A stretch of DNA of 64,000 nt from Rhina ancylostomus. Its lineage: Eukaryota. The stretch is taken from the NCBI GenBank assembly GCA_030265395.1, contig JARFYF010000084.1, positions 23,302,058 through 23,366,057 on the forward strand. The letters are read 5' to 3'. The notes beneath the pieces were generated by a model. That model did no database searches, was not told the DNA's origin, and was given only the letters and a program-made list of their open reading frames with translations. A program made the translations under genes and the position numbers. Each line of letters starts with the position of its first letter. Position 1 is the first letter of the stretch. Of the stretch, positions 51,895 to 64,000 are shown in pieces.

Positions 51895-52370
51895 TAAGAT
51901 TCACAAGGATATTTCTGGAACTGGATGGCTTGAGTTACAGTATGTGAAGAGATGAGATAGACTGGGGCTCTTTTCCCTGGAGCATAGGAGGGTGAGGGGT
52001 GACCTTATAAAGATATACAAGATCATGAAGGGCATTGATAAGGTGAACAGTCAGTCTTTTTCCTAGTGCAGGGAAGTCTGAAACAACTTAGAGGGTATAG
52101 TTTTTTGGGTAAGAGGGGAAAGGCTTAAGGGGATGAGGGGCAAGCATTTCCCACACAGAATGGTGGGGAAATGGAACAAGCTGCTAGAGCAAGTCATAGA
52201 GGAGGGTACAATTGCAATGTTGAAAAACTTTTCAACAGGTACATGATCAGGAAAGGCTAAGAGGTAAATGAGCTAAATGCAGGCAAATGGGATTAGCTCA
52301 AGTAGGCACCTTGGTCAGTATGGACGAGTTGGGCTGAAGCGCCTGTTTCCATGCTGTACAACTCTATGAC
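51895..52370 (+). mobile_element. CR1 ORF2 C-terminus and 3' tail
   Basis: DRLGLFSLEHRRVRGDLIKIYKIMKGIDKV, with tail gggctgaagcgcctgtttccatgctgtacaactctatgac. Confidence 0.85.
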
Positions 52371-55300
52371 TGTATACTCAAGGCACAGATGAGTACCTTT
52401 CAGTCATTAAGGGATGGGAGGCTGGGAGGCTGGGGAAGGAAGGTGGGTTGTTGCTGAGTTCTGAACTGAAAATGATACTTTTATCTTGTGCAAAGAGCCA
52501 ATGCATGAGGTAAAATAATTACTTAATTGCTGTGCTCCTGACTACCAGAAAGTCAGAATTATTGTTGAGTAGAAGGACAAGAACATTAAATTCATAAAAG
52601 GAGTACATTCTTGTTCGTATTATTGGAATTCAGCTCTAGACGCAACAGACGGAATCATAAAAGGAACACCAAGGTTTATAGGGATTCACTGTAGGGCTAG
52701 TCCTCTCTTTCTGTCATGTGAGATTGATCAAGTGTTTAAATATTAGTCTGGAACAGCTAATTAACTTCAATGCAGGGAATAGGAAATAACATTTTTGTTG
52801 ATTTTGGCAGTCTGTAGACTCTCCTAATCTGGTTAAAATGAAGAATAAAGTTAGCTCGTCTGAGCAGTGGTTATCAGCACACTCTAATAGTAGCGGCAAA
52901 GTCCAAATGTCATTGCTGGTGACACTACAGTGGATACAGCTCAGATAGAAAGGGGACACCAGAACCAGGCAGAAAGACGGAAATTAAAAGCCCGGCAGAA
53001 AAATAATTCATTCATTATATGAAAGAAACTGTTTTTAATTATAAAGACGAGAACAATGGGACAGACCTGGAGAGGTTTGAGTCCAATTTTGGGTTCACAT
53101 GTTAATTTATAGGACTTGGACAATGGGACAATTCATACATAATTACATTCTGCTCTACACATTCGCTAGATATCAACATTATTATTAATGTGCAACATTT
53201 CCATTCACTAGAAATAGTGATTTTAAAAGAGATAAGGCGAGGTGTGACCTGTTATCTCTAACATTCCAGTTTTGTTTTCATTGAACAGATAGCAGAAATT
53301 GTTAAAAACCTTGGTAAGCGGTCATCTGTAATCCATTGACCTATCTATGACCTTGCTCATCAGTAAAGGCTGAGGGATGGTGGGATTCACTACCAATTTG
53401 TATTTAAAATATGCTAAGATTGGTCAGTCGTGAGGGACAAGCCTGGAGATTGAACAGGGTGCCTTTTGTTTGTTACTTTTCTTTAGGGTGCAATAGCCCA
53501 TATGTCGGAAGAATTCTCTTTGTTACTTCAGCAACGTTGGTTTGGTGTACTAATCAATGTAAAAGTAAACTGCAAATGAATAACAACACTGCAGCAGAAA
53601 TACAGTGCAAGTACTCCCATGTTATACACCATCCTTTTTAATTAGGTAAGCAGTGGCCTACATTGCAGTGTATGTCAGAAATTACCATCTTAAATTGATG
53701 CCAGCTTGAGGGGTCTTTTAATAAAAATTCATTGACAAGGAAGATTTGGAATCTCATTATATTTTGTGAATCGAATTTAAAACAAAACATCAAACCAGAA
53801 CAAAGGTTAACATATTGTGAAGAGACTTCTCATCAGAATAAATTCTGGTGAAGGATATTTACTCTTAAAGTTAACCCATTTTTTTTCTCTTTTGAGGTGT
53901 CAGCAGAGCTCGGTATTTTCCTTTCGATTTTTTTCTGACAGAGTCTTAGTGTGGTAGATTTTTTTGTTTGTCTCATGACTTCAGATTGATTGTGAATTGT
54001 TTCTAACATTGAAACATAAATTCGGATCCTCTGTATTTTGAGTGTATTTCTTTGCAAAATGCACCATGCAGGTACTTTGTGACCCCATAGGTCATACCAA
54101 AAGAAAAATTGAGTATAGTCTTGCACTAAGGACCATCTGGAACTACTAAAGATCAGCTGGTCTATTAAGGGTCAAGCTGCAGGAAACCCCATCAGTGTCC
54201 TTGGAAAGCTCCCTGAGAGAACCTAATGTTATTATTCTAAAGTCTGTGTTTTTGTCCCCAGTGTTAAATATTATTTGAAATATAGCCACCCAGCTCAACA
54301 GTTTACAGAATCTAATATCCTCTGTCCAGGTTCAAATTCTTTCAATTTAGTTGCAAAATCTAGCTGTTAATATTATTCTTTAAAAGGAGTACTTCAATTT
54401 GAAAAGCAAATAGACAATTAATTATTAAGCATAACCAAAGAACAGTGCCGTGGACAAAAAACCTTCAGTGGCCTTAAAGATCCCAAACTCCTGTAAATTC
54501 TTGTAATGTTCCTGTTAAATGATGATACTCTCCTCAAACGATCAAAATGATTTGGAAATAAGAATATATTTTCATGATAGTAAACCTGCACAAAATGTCT
54601 CCTAGGAAGCTTATTGCATGCTTTTGGTAGGGAAGGCTTAGACTTGTCGAAAATGGTTCCTGCCTGCTGTCATTAAGCTGCAACTGGCCAACAAGAAATG
54701 TCCTGAGATTGCAGCAGAACATCGATGTCCATGCTTCAGTTTAGGATGAAACCTCACATGTTGCCAAGCCCCACTTTCTGTGTAAACTGATGAAATGCAA
54801 CTGCAGCATTTTCAGATGGTTCACATGACTCCTGCTCTTTAACTCCTGAACATCTGATGATAATGGATCTAGCTGTTCTATAGTGCTGGATCTCAAGAAT
54901 GCATTGAAAATAAATGTTACATAAAGCTACAAAACAGCATTGTTGTCAGTGCAAGGAAGGCCTCTTGGCATCCTTGTGTATAAAGCATAATATGACTGAT
55001 CAACATGATGTTTGAACAGATCAATGTTTATTATGTGTCTGACTTCAACAGAATTTAGTTTCTTATTATTAGAAATAATTAAATTAACTATCTCAGTGAG
55101 AATTATTTGCTTAGTGCGTCAAATAATTTAATAGTTAAACAATGGATAATTGTGAAAAATGGATTTGAAAATAATTTTCATTCTGTTTTAGATTGCTTGC
55201 AGCTGTCCTGAGAGAACTGTGTTAATAACTGCACAGAAAGAATCTATAAATGAATTAAGGAGGCATATTCAAGGTGTCTTTTCTGGCCATGTGCATAAGA

Positions 55301-56405
55301 CGTTGTTAAATTATTCTTTGGAGAATAATGCAAGGTTACATTCATATGACCTTTCAGGTTTGACCTTGGTGGTAAAGATGTTATTTTAGATACCCGTTGT
55401 TCACATAGTTTGGGACTGAATAAAATTATGATAAGTAGCTCCAAGAAGGGGCTGTCACATTGAGTAATTCGTCCAAACAAGCAACTTCTGGTGACTGTAA
55501 GAACGTGCAAATTATTGAGGGTAATTTTGCATTGCTGGTTCGTGCTTAAAACCTTGTCCTTAACTCAGAGTGCAGGTGACTCCCACATTAGGGCCATCCA
55601 GGTTATGGAAATTTGCCCTCAGAAAATTCACAAATCACTACCCAGAAATTTGAGATTGGGAATAAAATTTACTGTCATGGAGTTTATGTGCAAAAAAGTC
55701 AATAAATCAATACAGAATTTTTTTTTTCCTCAATGCATTTCTTGATGCATGTACAGATGACACAGCTTTGCGTTATGTTTTCTAGGAACACGCCACCCTC
55801 CCATAATGCAGGGGTCCACATAATGCATTTTAAAAAATAATTTTGTGCCAGTAACATTATTACCCTCTGTATGGTGAAGGACAGATTGGATGGGATTGCA
55901 AGGTATTGATTCCAAGATTTACTATGTATGTTCGTTTAAAAGAAGAAATAGGTACTACTTCAATTGTTTTCCTTACCTTTACCTTATGTATCACCTCCAC
56001 CCTGACAACGCTACCCCAACCACCAGTGAGAGGTTGGCCTGTCTCAGTTTTTTGGTGACTGGCATCTGGAGTACTCCAAAATAAATAATAGTTGATGGAC
56101 TGCAGGGTGGAAGTAACTATCTTGCTTGGGATTTGTTACGTTCTTTCAGGTGATGATACTTGAGGATACATAAGAAATACTTCTTTTTGGAGCAGAAACA
56201 ATCACAGATGATAGACAAGTTCAAATGTATAAGGCTGAGAATTGAACTTGGGCTCTTCAAGACAGTGCAAAGTCCTGCCACGAATTTGCCCTTGATAATA
56301 TTTTTAATAAATCAGATTTTTAAAAAAATCAATAATGCTCTGGGCACCACAAGCAGAGTGCTTCAATTTGACATGTTTGTGAAGACAACCTGCTTGTCAT
56401 GATGA

Positions 56406-56693
<288 letters not shown>

Positions 56694-59600
56694 TAATTGG
56701 ATGTATTTTTATGCCTGCAACGTGCTCTGCAAGGATTCCTGCAGGATGTGCTTGCTTCCTTAGTACTTTCTAAAGTACTGAATATAAATTGATGAAGTTT
56801 GGTGTTAAGCTTCAAATTACAATTCTGGTATAAGCCAAGAGCTCCAATATACTTGATGCATCAATCTTCTGCCAATCCTTGGTGTAGACGATGCATATAA
56901 AACCATTATCAGAATTGAAGTTGAAGATTTGCAAGGCTATAAATTGGATGCAAATTTATGCTTTCTGCTTCATTTTAAAAAATAACCACAATTCTTGTGT
57001 TGAGAATTGAAGGATCCTAATCTTTAGTTTGCTTAAAATCATAGTTCATTGGTCACTTTTGTTTAATTCTTTCCAGTTTTATCCCTCTTGCTCTTGTGAA
57101 GCTAAATTCTTTCCAGTGATAGAATTCCAGGTGCTGACCACTTTCCAGTACCTTGCTCAAGTGAAATGTCATTGTTTTCTTTTACTTTGGAAGAGAATGG
57201 AGGCGAATTGGGGATGTGGTGAAGTAAGTGATATTGTGTCTCAAATTTTCACTCTGGATTGTTTGTGGGTAATGGAGCAACAAAATGCAGTTGCACACTT
57301 TTGGCACACATGTAAAGGAAATATCATCACAGCACAAAAAATATAGAACTGTAACAAATATCAGGGGGTCAGATCCCTTGTGGACTTGGTTGCACAAAAC
57401 CTCTAGACTGGCAATGAGTACAGTCCTCATCGCAGCAGAAACAGATGCTTATCTTCTCATGGCTTATATGAAATAGTTGTGTGGAAGCACAGCATGAATT
57501 TTGCTTCTGTTTCTAACCATCTGAAGTTCTTAGATTTATTCAAATTATTTTTTTAGGAATCTTATCTATTCCAGATTTGAGCCACTACAGATGCTTTCCA
57601 CTCATTTTGGTCAAGTACTGAATTAAGCTGAATACACATCACTGAAAAATTGCTTGGTGAATATTCCTTGGTAGAAATTGGTAAAGTTCATAAGGGGCTT
57701 AAGAATAACCAACTAAAACAGAAGAAGGCAGCAAGCCAGAAGAAGTTGTAATCAATATTCAAACACTGTAAAAGTGTAATAAGGCTGTTCCTCAGATAGT
57801 ATCAGGTCTGGATATAGCTTATCAAATATATCACTTCAGACTCAAACTGAGGACAGCTCTGTGGAGCAGAGTTTTCAATTGATTAAATGTATGTTTTTGG
57901 CCAATATCAAGCACACCATAAAGAACCATGTGTATAACTGAACACATGGCTAGATAAAAGAATAGAGGCAAGGGCACTTGCATTATTTGCTGAACTATTA
58001 CATGTTTGATGATGGGATTTCACAAGTTCTCTCAGGTTGTATGAAGTCGGGTATATTGAATGGCCTAACACTTACTTAATAATCTTGTAAAAAGGTAAAC
58101 AGAAGTGCTTCTTTCAAATGATGTACTATCATCTGATATTTATGTTTCACTATGCTTACTTCACTTAAACACAGGTAATACATTAGAGAAAATTACCTTA
58201 AGATTATGAAAATGTTCCTTTAAAAGGAAAAGGGGTGGAGAAAATCCTAACAGACCTGATGTTTAACTCCACCTCACCTGGCAATTGTGATGTGAGCTCA
58301 TGCATGTTCATATATTTACTGTAATTATATATGCTTTATTGATATTGTAACTGGTGATTAGAGTATTGTTTTTTGTTAAGTTGGAGATAATTTCATGTTG
58401 CTCCCAGATATTAGAGTCAAGTTCACTTATTAAGTTAGTGCTGAGCAGGCACTCAAAGCTAGAATTGGGTTTAATTCCAGAACTTTCCACTTTATTTATC
58501 CAAGTTATACTAGATGAAGATTATAATTAGGAGTTGTAGAATTTGGTTTCTGACATTCTCAATTTATGGAGTTACTTTTGGGGAAAGTGATCTTCATTTT
58601 TTGATGTAATATATTTTCTACCAGGTAACCGGAAGCTTCCTTTTTCACCTTGTGTTCTTATTTATATGTAAGCGTGCATGCGTATGTCTAAAAGAAAAAG
58701 GTCTAACATAAGATAATATAGTTACTTAGCAATTCTGATGACTTGCCCATTTTCAAAAACTTAAACAATCTTTGAAGTGTTGGAGCTTTTGTTTTTGATT
58801 AGAGAGGAAGAATGCACAGGAGATGGCATTGAGGAAATACACTTCCTATCAAGGGCCATGAGACAGGATATAGGTGGGGACCCACCCAGGAATAGAGAGC
58901 TATAATAGTTATTATTGATGTCTACATGCTTGTAAACAGACATCAACTTTGCTTTTCTTTTCTGTAATCAAGAAACCAAATCCTATGTCTTGCTGTTTTC
59001 TCATGGACCTTTTAATACTGTGATATTTTCCATGTATAACATGCAGTGATTCTTGACATGACCTATTGAATTCTGTCAAGTGCCGTGCCACCTACTTGCA
59101 AATGAAGTCCCAACCAGTCACTGTAAACTCCAGCTGTATAAAACCAAAGTTAAAAAAAACGCAGATGGTTGACTGGTCTGCCTTTACGTTATTAATAATG
59201 GTAGAAGTAACGAGAGTTCACCAAATTTTTTCTTCCTTTTGTTTTAAATAGGCTTTACTGTGCTTACACCACTGCCAGGATAATTCTGTATTTCTGACTG
59301 CAACACCAACATAAGTGCTAGGGTATAACCGTAGTAGACAACTTATCTTCAAGATTGCGTTTATAGTCACGCACTGTTGCAGAATGTCTTTAGAATACCC
59401 AGTTTTGCTACTATCAACAACAGAAATGTCAATAGTCTTTGGAATCATTGAACTCTTTTCCCTCCAGCCTGTCAATAATTAACTGGCAAGTTACAAGTCT
59501 GTGTTAGAATTGTACAATGAGCTGTTTAATAACCTCTTTGACCTCTAGTTTCAAAATTGTATGTCTAATTAATTTGAGTACTGCATTGCACTTGAAAATT

Positions 59601-60719
59601 TTCCAGAACTCTAATTGGAGGCAAAAGTCTTTGCCAGACCAAAATTGAGAGAGAGAAAATTAATGAACTATATATTTTGTTCCTAAATTTTTGTGGCTGA
59701 CCAGATAATCTAAAATAGCACAATGACATCCAATTTCAAGTGTAGGTCTTTTAAAAATGAGTGCAGTTAAAGATCTCCAGTCCAAATATCCATCGTCCAA
59801 ATAGATCCAAGATTCAAATATTCCCACATTCGGGATTCCCTCTGGAATGGCTCATGAATTGCCAGAGGTTGTCACTCAGTTTTCTGTACTTTTGATGACT
59901 AAAGATTGAGAACAATTGATATCTGCATTCCAGACAGTAATACAGTTTTTTTCAAGGAATTCAAACTGGAGGCCTTGGATTATACTTCTTTACGTTTAGT
60001 GAAAGTGTATTACTAGTAAGTATATTGTTAAACTTTTTAAGTCTATATCTGAGTAAATATGCTGGTGACCATTATTTAACTTCCATTTCTCCATTTCAAG
60101 TTGCTTAGCTTTTTCCCTGGAAAGAAGATTCCCCTTCAGTTCAACAATTTTTAAAATTATTTTGTCTAGTCAATTAATTAAATGATACAAAATTTATAGG
60201 TATTTGCCTGATTTCAAATTATATTTTTCTTCAGAATTCTTTTAATTTATTGACACATTCAGACCATTCAATATGAGCTGATATTGCGTGACATTTCTGT
60301 GCTTTGGAACTGTGCTGCACAGAGGTATACCTCTAAAATGAACCTTTGTAAACAGCACTAACAGTTGGATTAGTTCCAATGTCATTTTCCTTTCATGCCC
60401 CATCTGTTTTTTGGCAGAAGTCAGCTCCGATAAAGCCAGAGCTTTCTTTCCATTAAAAGGTCATTTTGAACCCTTCGCCTGAAAATGACATTTGTGATAA
60501 TAGCTCAGTAGTAAAGTTCCATGGGGCTTTAACACTTTTTAAAAGTGCACAACATCCCTGTGTCAAGTCATGTTGGTGTACAGAGAACAGAACTGAAAGG
60601 ATTTTAATTTAAAACTGTTGTGCAGGCACATTTTTGAAAAAAATGTTTGTTGCTTTATTTTTTCTCTAACGTGACAAAGCAATTTTAGATGGCTACCATA
60701 AGGTAGCATAAGATGAACA

Positions 60720-61150
60720 GGCATGGCTGTGTAGCAGTTAGCATAACGTTATTATAGCACCAATGACCCGGGTTCAATTCCGGCCGCTACCTGTAGGGAT
60801 TTTTCACGTTCTCCCTGTGTCTGCGTGGGTTTCCTCCGGGTGCTCCAGTTTCCTCCCACATTCCAAANNNNNNNNNNNNNNNNNNNNNNNNNNNNNNNNN
60901 NNNNNNNNNNNNNNNNNNNNNNNNNNNNNNNNNNNNNNNNNNNNNNNNNNNNNNNNNNNNNNNNNNNGTCTGCGTGGGTTTCCTCCGGGTGCTCCAGTTT
61001 CCTCCCACATTCCAAAGACATGCAGGTTAGGAAGTTGTGGGCATGTGATGGTGGTGCCGGAAGTGTGGCAACACTTACGGGCTACCCCCAGAACACTATG
61101 CAGAAAGATGCATTTCACTGTGTGTTTCAATGTACGTGTGACTAAAAGAT
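60720..61150 (+). mobile_element. Near full-length V-SINE (gap inside, with duplicated flank)
   Basis: A/B boxes gtgtagcagttagc and cccgggttcaattcc, and a well-preserved V-domain gttctccctgtgtctgcgtgggtttcctccgggtgctccagtttcctcccacattccaaagac. Confidence 0.9.
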
Positions 61151-61164
61151 ATTTTACCTTATCC

Positions 61165-61512
61165 AAGTAGTTAATTTACTGGTCTAGCATCTTTAGTCCT
61201 GGATTATTAATCCAGACATTGAGCTTGAATCTCACCATGGTGATTAAGGTTAAATAAATTTGAAATAAAATGCTACCATCCTTAACAGTGGCTGTGACAC
61301 TACCAGATCATTATAAAAATCCAACAGGATCACAGATACCTTAAGGGGAGGAAATGTGCCAATCTTATCCAGCCTATATGTGACTCATAAATGTGGTTGA
61401 TTCCTAACTGCCCTCTAAATTGGCTTTGCATGCCATTCAGATCAGGGCCATTTAGGATGAACAATAAATGCCAGCATTGCCAGAAACATCCATATCCCAT
61501 GAATGAAATAAA
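61165..61512 (+). mobile_element. tRNA-derived SINE with a CR1/L2-group LINE-like tail
   Basis: Homologous to 42530-42935 and 47760-47975. Tail aataaatgccagcattgccagaaacatccatatcccatgaatgaaataaa. Confidence 0.7.
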
Positions 61513-61709
61513 ATATTGTGTGACTGAGGAAGGAATAAAAAGCCACTTGCACTTAACAGTAATGACTACTGTCAAAATAATTAAACTGTATTGTTTTCAA
61601 GGAAAAGCAACCAAGAATTATTTAGGGTGAAATATTACAGTTAACAAAATAAAATGATGTTTCAACATAGTTTAATTTCTAAGAAAGCCGTTCGCAGTGT
61701 TTGTTGCAT

Positions 61710-62330
61710 AGAATCTTAGAAAGTTTACACCACAGAATGAGCCATTTCAGCCCATCAGGTCTGCATCAGTTGAAAAAGCGCCAATTCTACCTTCTAGCAC
61801 TGGTTTCACAGCCCTGTCGGTCATGGCTTTTCAAATATACATGCAGAGAATTTTTCATTGTGGTGAGGTTTCTGCCTCTTCAATGCTTGAAGGCATAAAT
61901 TCCAGACTCCCATCCCTCTCCCTGATTCCCTTTGGTGAAAGAACCTGTCTTGCCTCTAATCCTTTATCCTTCTGCCAATTACTTTAAATTTCTGCCCCCT
62001 GGTTTTTGACTTCTCCTGAAGGAAATCAGTCCCTTCCATTTACTTCATCTGGGCTCCTCATGACTCTATACACCTTGATTAAATCTCTTCTCGGCTTCCT
62101 CTGTTCCAAAGGAACCAACTTCTGCCTGTCAGCAGTTGAAGTTGACTTAAGGTTAACATTTTCCTGTCCTGGCAACATCTTTTAAATTTCCTCTGCATGC
62201 TTCACAATGCATTTACTTTTTTTCTGTTATGCAGTGACCAGAAGTGTAGATTGCACTCAAGCTATGGCCTAACAAGAGTTGTATGTAGATGTAGTGCAAC
62301 CTTTCTGCTCTGTGCTAACAAAGGAAAACA
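61710..62330 (-). mobile_element. Decayed CR1 3' region
   Basis: Reverse strand HTTLVRP.LECNLHFWSLH, and tail gccatttcagcccatcagg. Confidence 0.7.
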
Positions 62331-62412
62331 TCCTTTGCTACTCTTTAAACCACTGCCATGCCCAAAGCCTTGCAGGAACCAAGGAGGAGACGTCCAGGAT
62401 ACCCTTGTTATA

Positions 62413-62577
62413 AGTATTGGTATTGGTTTATTATTGTCGCTTGTACCGAGGTACAGTGAAAAGTTTGTCTTGCAAACCAATCGTACAGGTCAATTCATTG
62501 CACAGTGCAGTTACATTGGGGTAGTACAGAGTGCATTGATGTAGTACAGGTAAAAAAAACAATAACAGTATAGAGTA
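62413..62577 (-). mobile_element. LINE 3' end (same family as 500-687)
   Basis: tattggtattggtttattattgtcgcttgtaccgaggtacagtgaaaag, nearly collinear with 63805-64000. Confidence 0.7.
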
Positions 62578-62677
62578 NNNNNNNNNNNNNNNNNNNNNNN
62601 NNNNNNNNNNNNNNNNNNNNNNNNNNNNNNNNNNNNNNNNNNNNNNNNNNNNNNNNNNNNNNNNNNNNNNNNNNNNN

Positions 62678-63685
62678 GCACTTCAAGGCCTTCAATACCT
62701 CCTCCCTGCCAATTCGTATGTGGTCCAGGACAAGAGCACTCATTTCCCCTTTTCCTTAGCTTCCATCGTTTTCTGCACAGTAAAAACTGAAGAGAGATAT
62801 TCCTCCTCGATCTCTCCCATTTCCTTTGGTTCTACACACCGACGGCCATGCTGCTCTTTAAGGGGTCCTGTTCTCTCCTGAGCCACCCTTTTAATATAGC
62901 TGTAGAATCTCTTGAGATTTTCTCTCACCTTGCCTGCTAGATGCCTCTTGTATCCTCTTTTTGAGTTCCTAACTTCTCTCCTAAGTGCACTCCGACACTA
63001 CTTGTGGTCATCGAGAGATTCACTCGTTCCTAATTGCTTATGCGCAGTGTAGTGCTCCCTCTCTTCAGCAGAGCCTCAATATCTCTCGTCAGCCATGGTC
63101 CCCAAAACCTGCCAGCTGCCCCTCACTCTAACAGGAACATGCGGGCCCTGAACTCTTGACATAACGCTTTTAAAGGCCTCCAACTTGGCAGACGCTCCTT
63201 TCCTGCAAACAATCTCACCTAATCGACCATTGAAATCCCATCTAATGGCTCCAAAATTTGCTCTGCCCTATTTCAGGACCTTAACCTGTGAACTGGTCGC
63301 CTCATTCTCTGTAACTGTTTTAAAACTGATAGAATTATCATCACCGGACCCAAAGTGCTCACCGACAGACACTTCCGCTACTTGCCCTACCTCATTCCCC
63401 AGGAGGAGGTCCAGTATTGCACCCTCTCTAGTAGGTCCCTCGATATATTGATTAAGGAAGCTTTCTTGGACACATTTCACAAATTACACTCCGTCCAAAT
63501 CTTTTACACTATGGTTGGTCCAGTTGATATTGGGGAAGTTAAAATCTCCCACTAATGTTACCCTGTTATGTTTACAACTAGCTGAAATCTCTCGACATAA
63601 CTGCTCCTCCGATTCCAGCTGAATATTGGGGGGCCTATAATACAATCCCATCAGAGTGACCATTCCCTTCTTATTTCTAAGTTCT
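62678..63685 (-). mobile_element. CR1 ORF2 AP-endonuclease and linker region
   Basis: VELRNKKGMVTLMGLYYRPPN...LVGDFNFPNINW, CVQESFLNQYIEGPTREGAILDLLLGNE...EHFGSGDDNSISF, and ENLKRFYSYIK...YLSSVFT. Confidence 0.92.
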
Positions 63686-63804
63686 ACGATCTGAACTGTA
63701 TTTTTCTCTTTCCACTGCCTGATTTTCTGAGAATTACCTCCACCTTTCATCTGCTCTTGACAATTTTTACATGTTCCTGTATGTGTTGTCTCCGTGTCTC
63801 TCTA

Positions 63805-64000
63805 TCGGTATTGGTTTATAATTGTCACTTGTACCGAGATGCAGTGAAAAGCTTGTCTTACAAACCGATCGCACGGGTCAATTCGTTACACGGTGCAGTT
63901 ACCTTGAGTTGGTACAGAGTGCATTGATGTAGTACGGGTTTTAAAAAAAACAGAAAGTGTCACAGCTACAGAAAAAGTCGAGTGCAATAAGGTGCGAGGT
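63805..64000 (-). mobile_element. LINE 3' end (same family as 500-687), continues beyond the window
   Basis: ggtattggtttataattgtcacttgtaccgagatgcagtgaaaagcttgtctt. Confidence 0.7.

Noticed and set aside
56763-56780. Small hairpin agtacttt-ct-aaagtact downstream of the exon donor
   Set aside because: An 8-bp AT-rich stem is expected by chance in 64 kb.
60720-60790. tRNA-like A/B boxes (also at 26155, 47775 and 51205)
   Set aside because: These are SINE heads without a full cloverleaf, not tRNA genes.
60818-61017. Duplicated V-domain either side of a 100-N gap
   Set aside because: Identical overlap of contig ends, so an assembly artefact rather than a dimeric SINE.

Overview
Eukaryotic (vertebrate) genomic DNA from a gappy draft assembly. 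The repeat content points to a cartilaginous fish, probably a ray or sawfish relative; this is inferred from the CR1 LINEs, V-SINE/HE1-type and Deu-type SINEs and Penelope-like elements. The window lies within a large + strand gene of the PARD3 (Par-3) family. Only two coding exons are supported, 37214-37339 and 56429-56692. Both are phase 2/2 and splice in frame to give FGKYRKEEK...[29 protein letters not shown]...[16 protein letters not shown]. The rest is intron, dense with decayed retroelements (CR1, L2, RTE, Penelope-like, SINEs), and nearly all ORF-track entries are fragments of these or noise. The most notable non-gene signals are (1) a family of short, TSD-flanked, self-complementary Penelope-derived elements with minimal hammerhead-ribozyme motifs, (2) a ~970-bp fold-back element just upstream of the first exon, and (3) a few candidate cryptic, poison or recursive splice units. 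No intact novel multi-gene system is supported. Repeat boundaries were read by eye and are approximate, and family names are recognised from remembered consensus motifs, not database searches.
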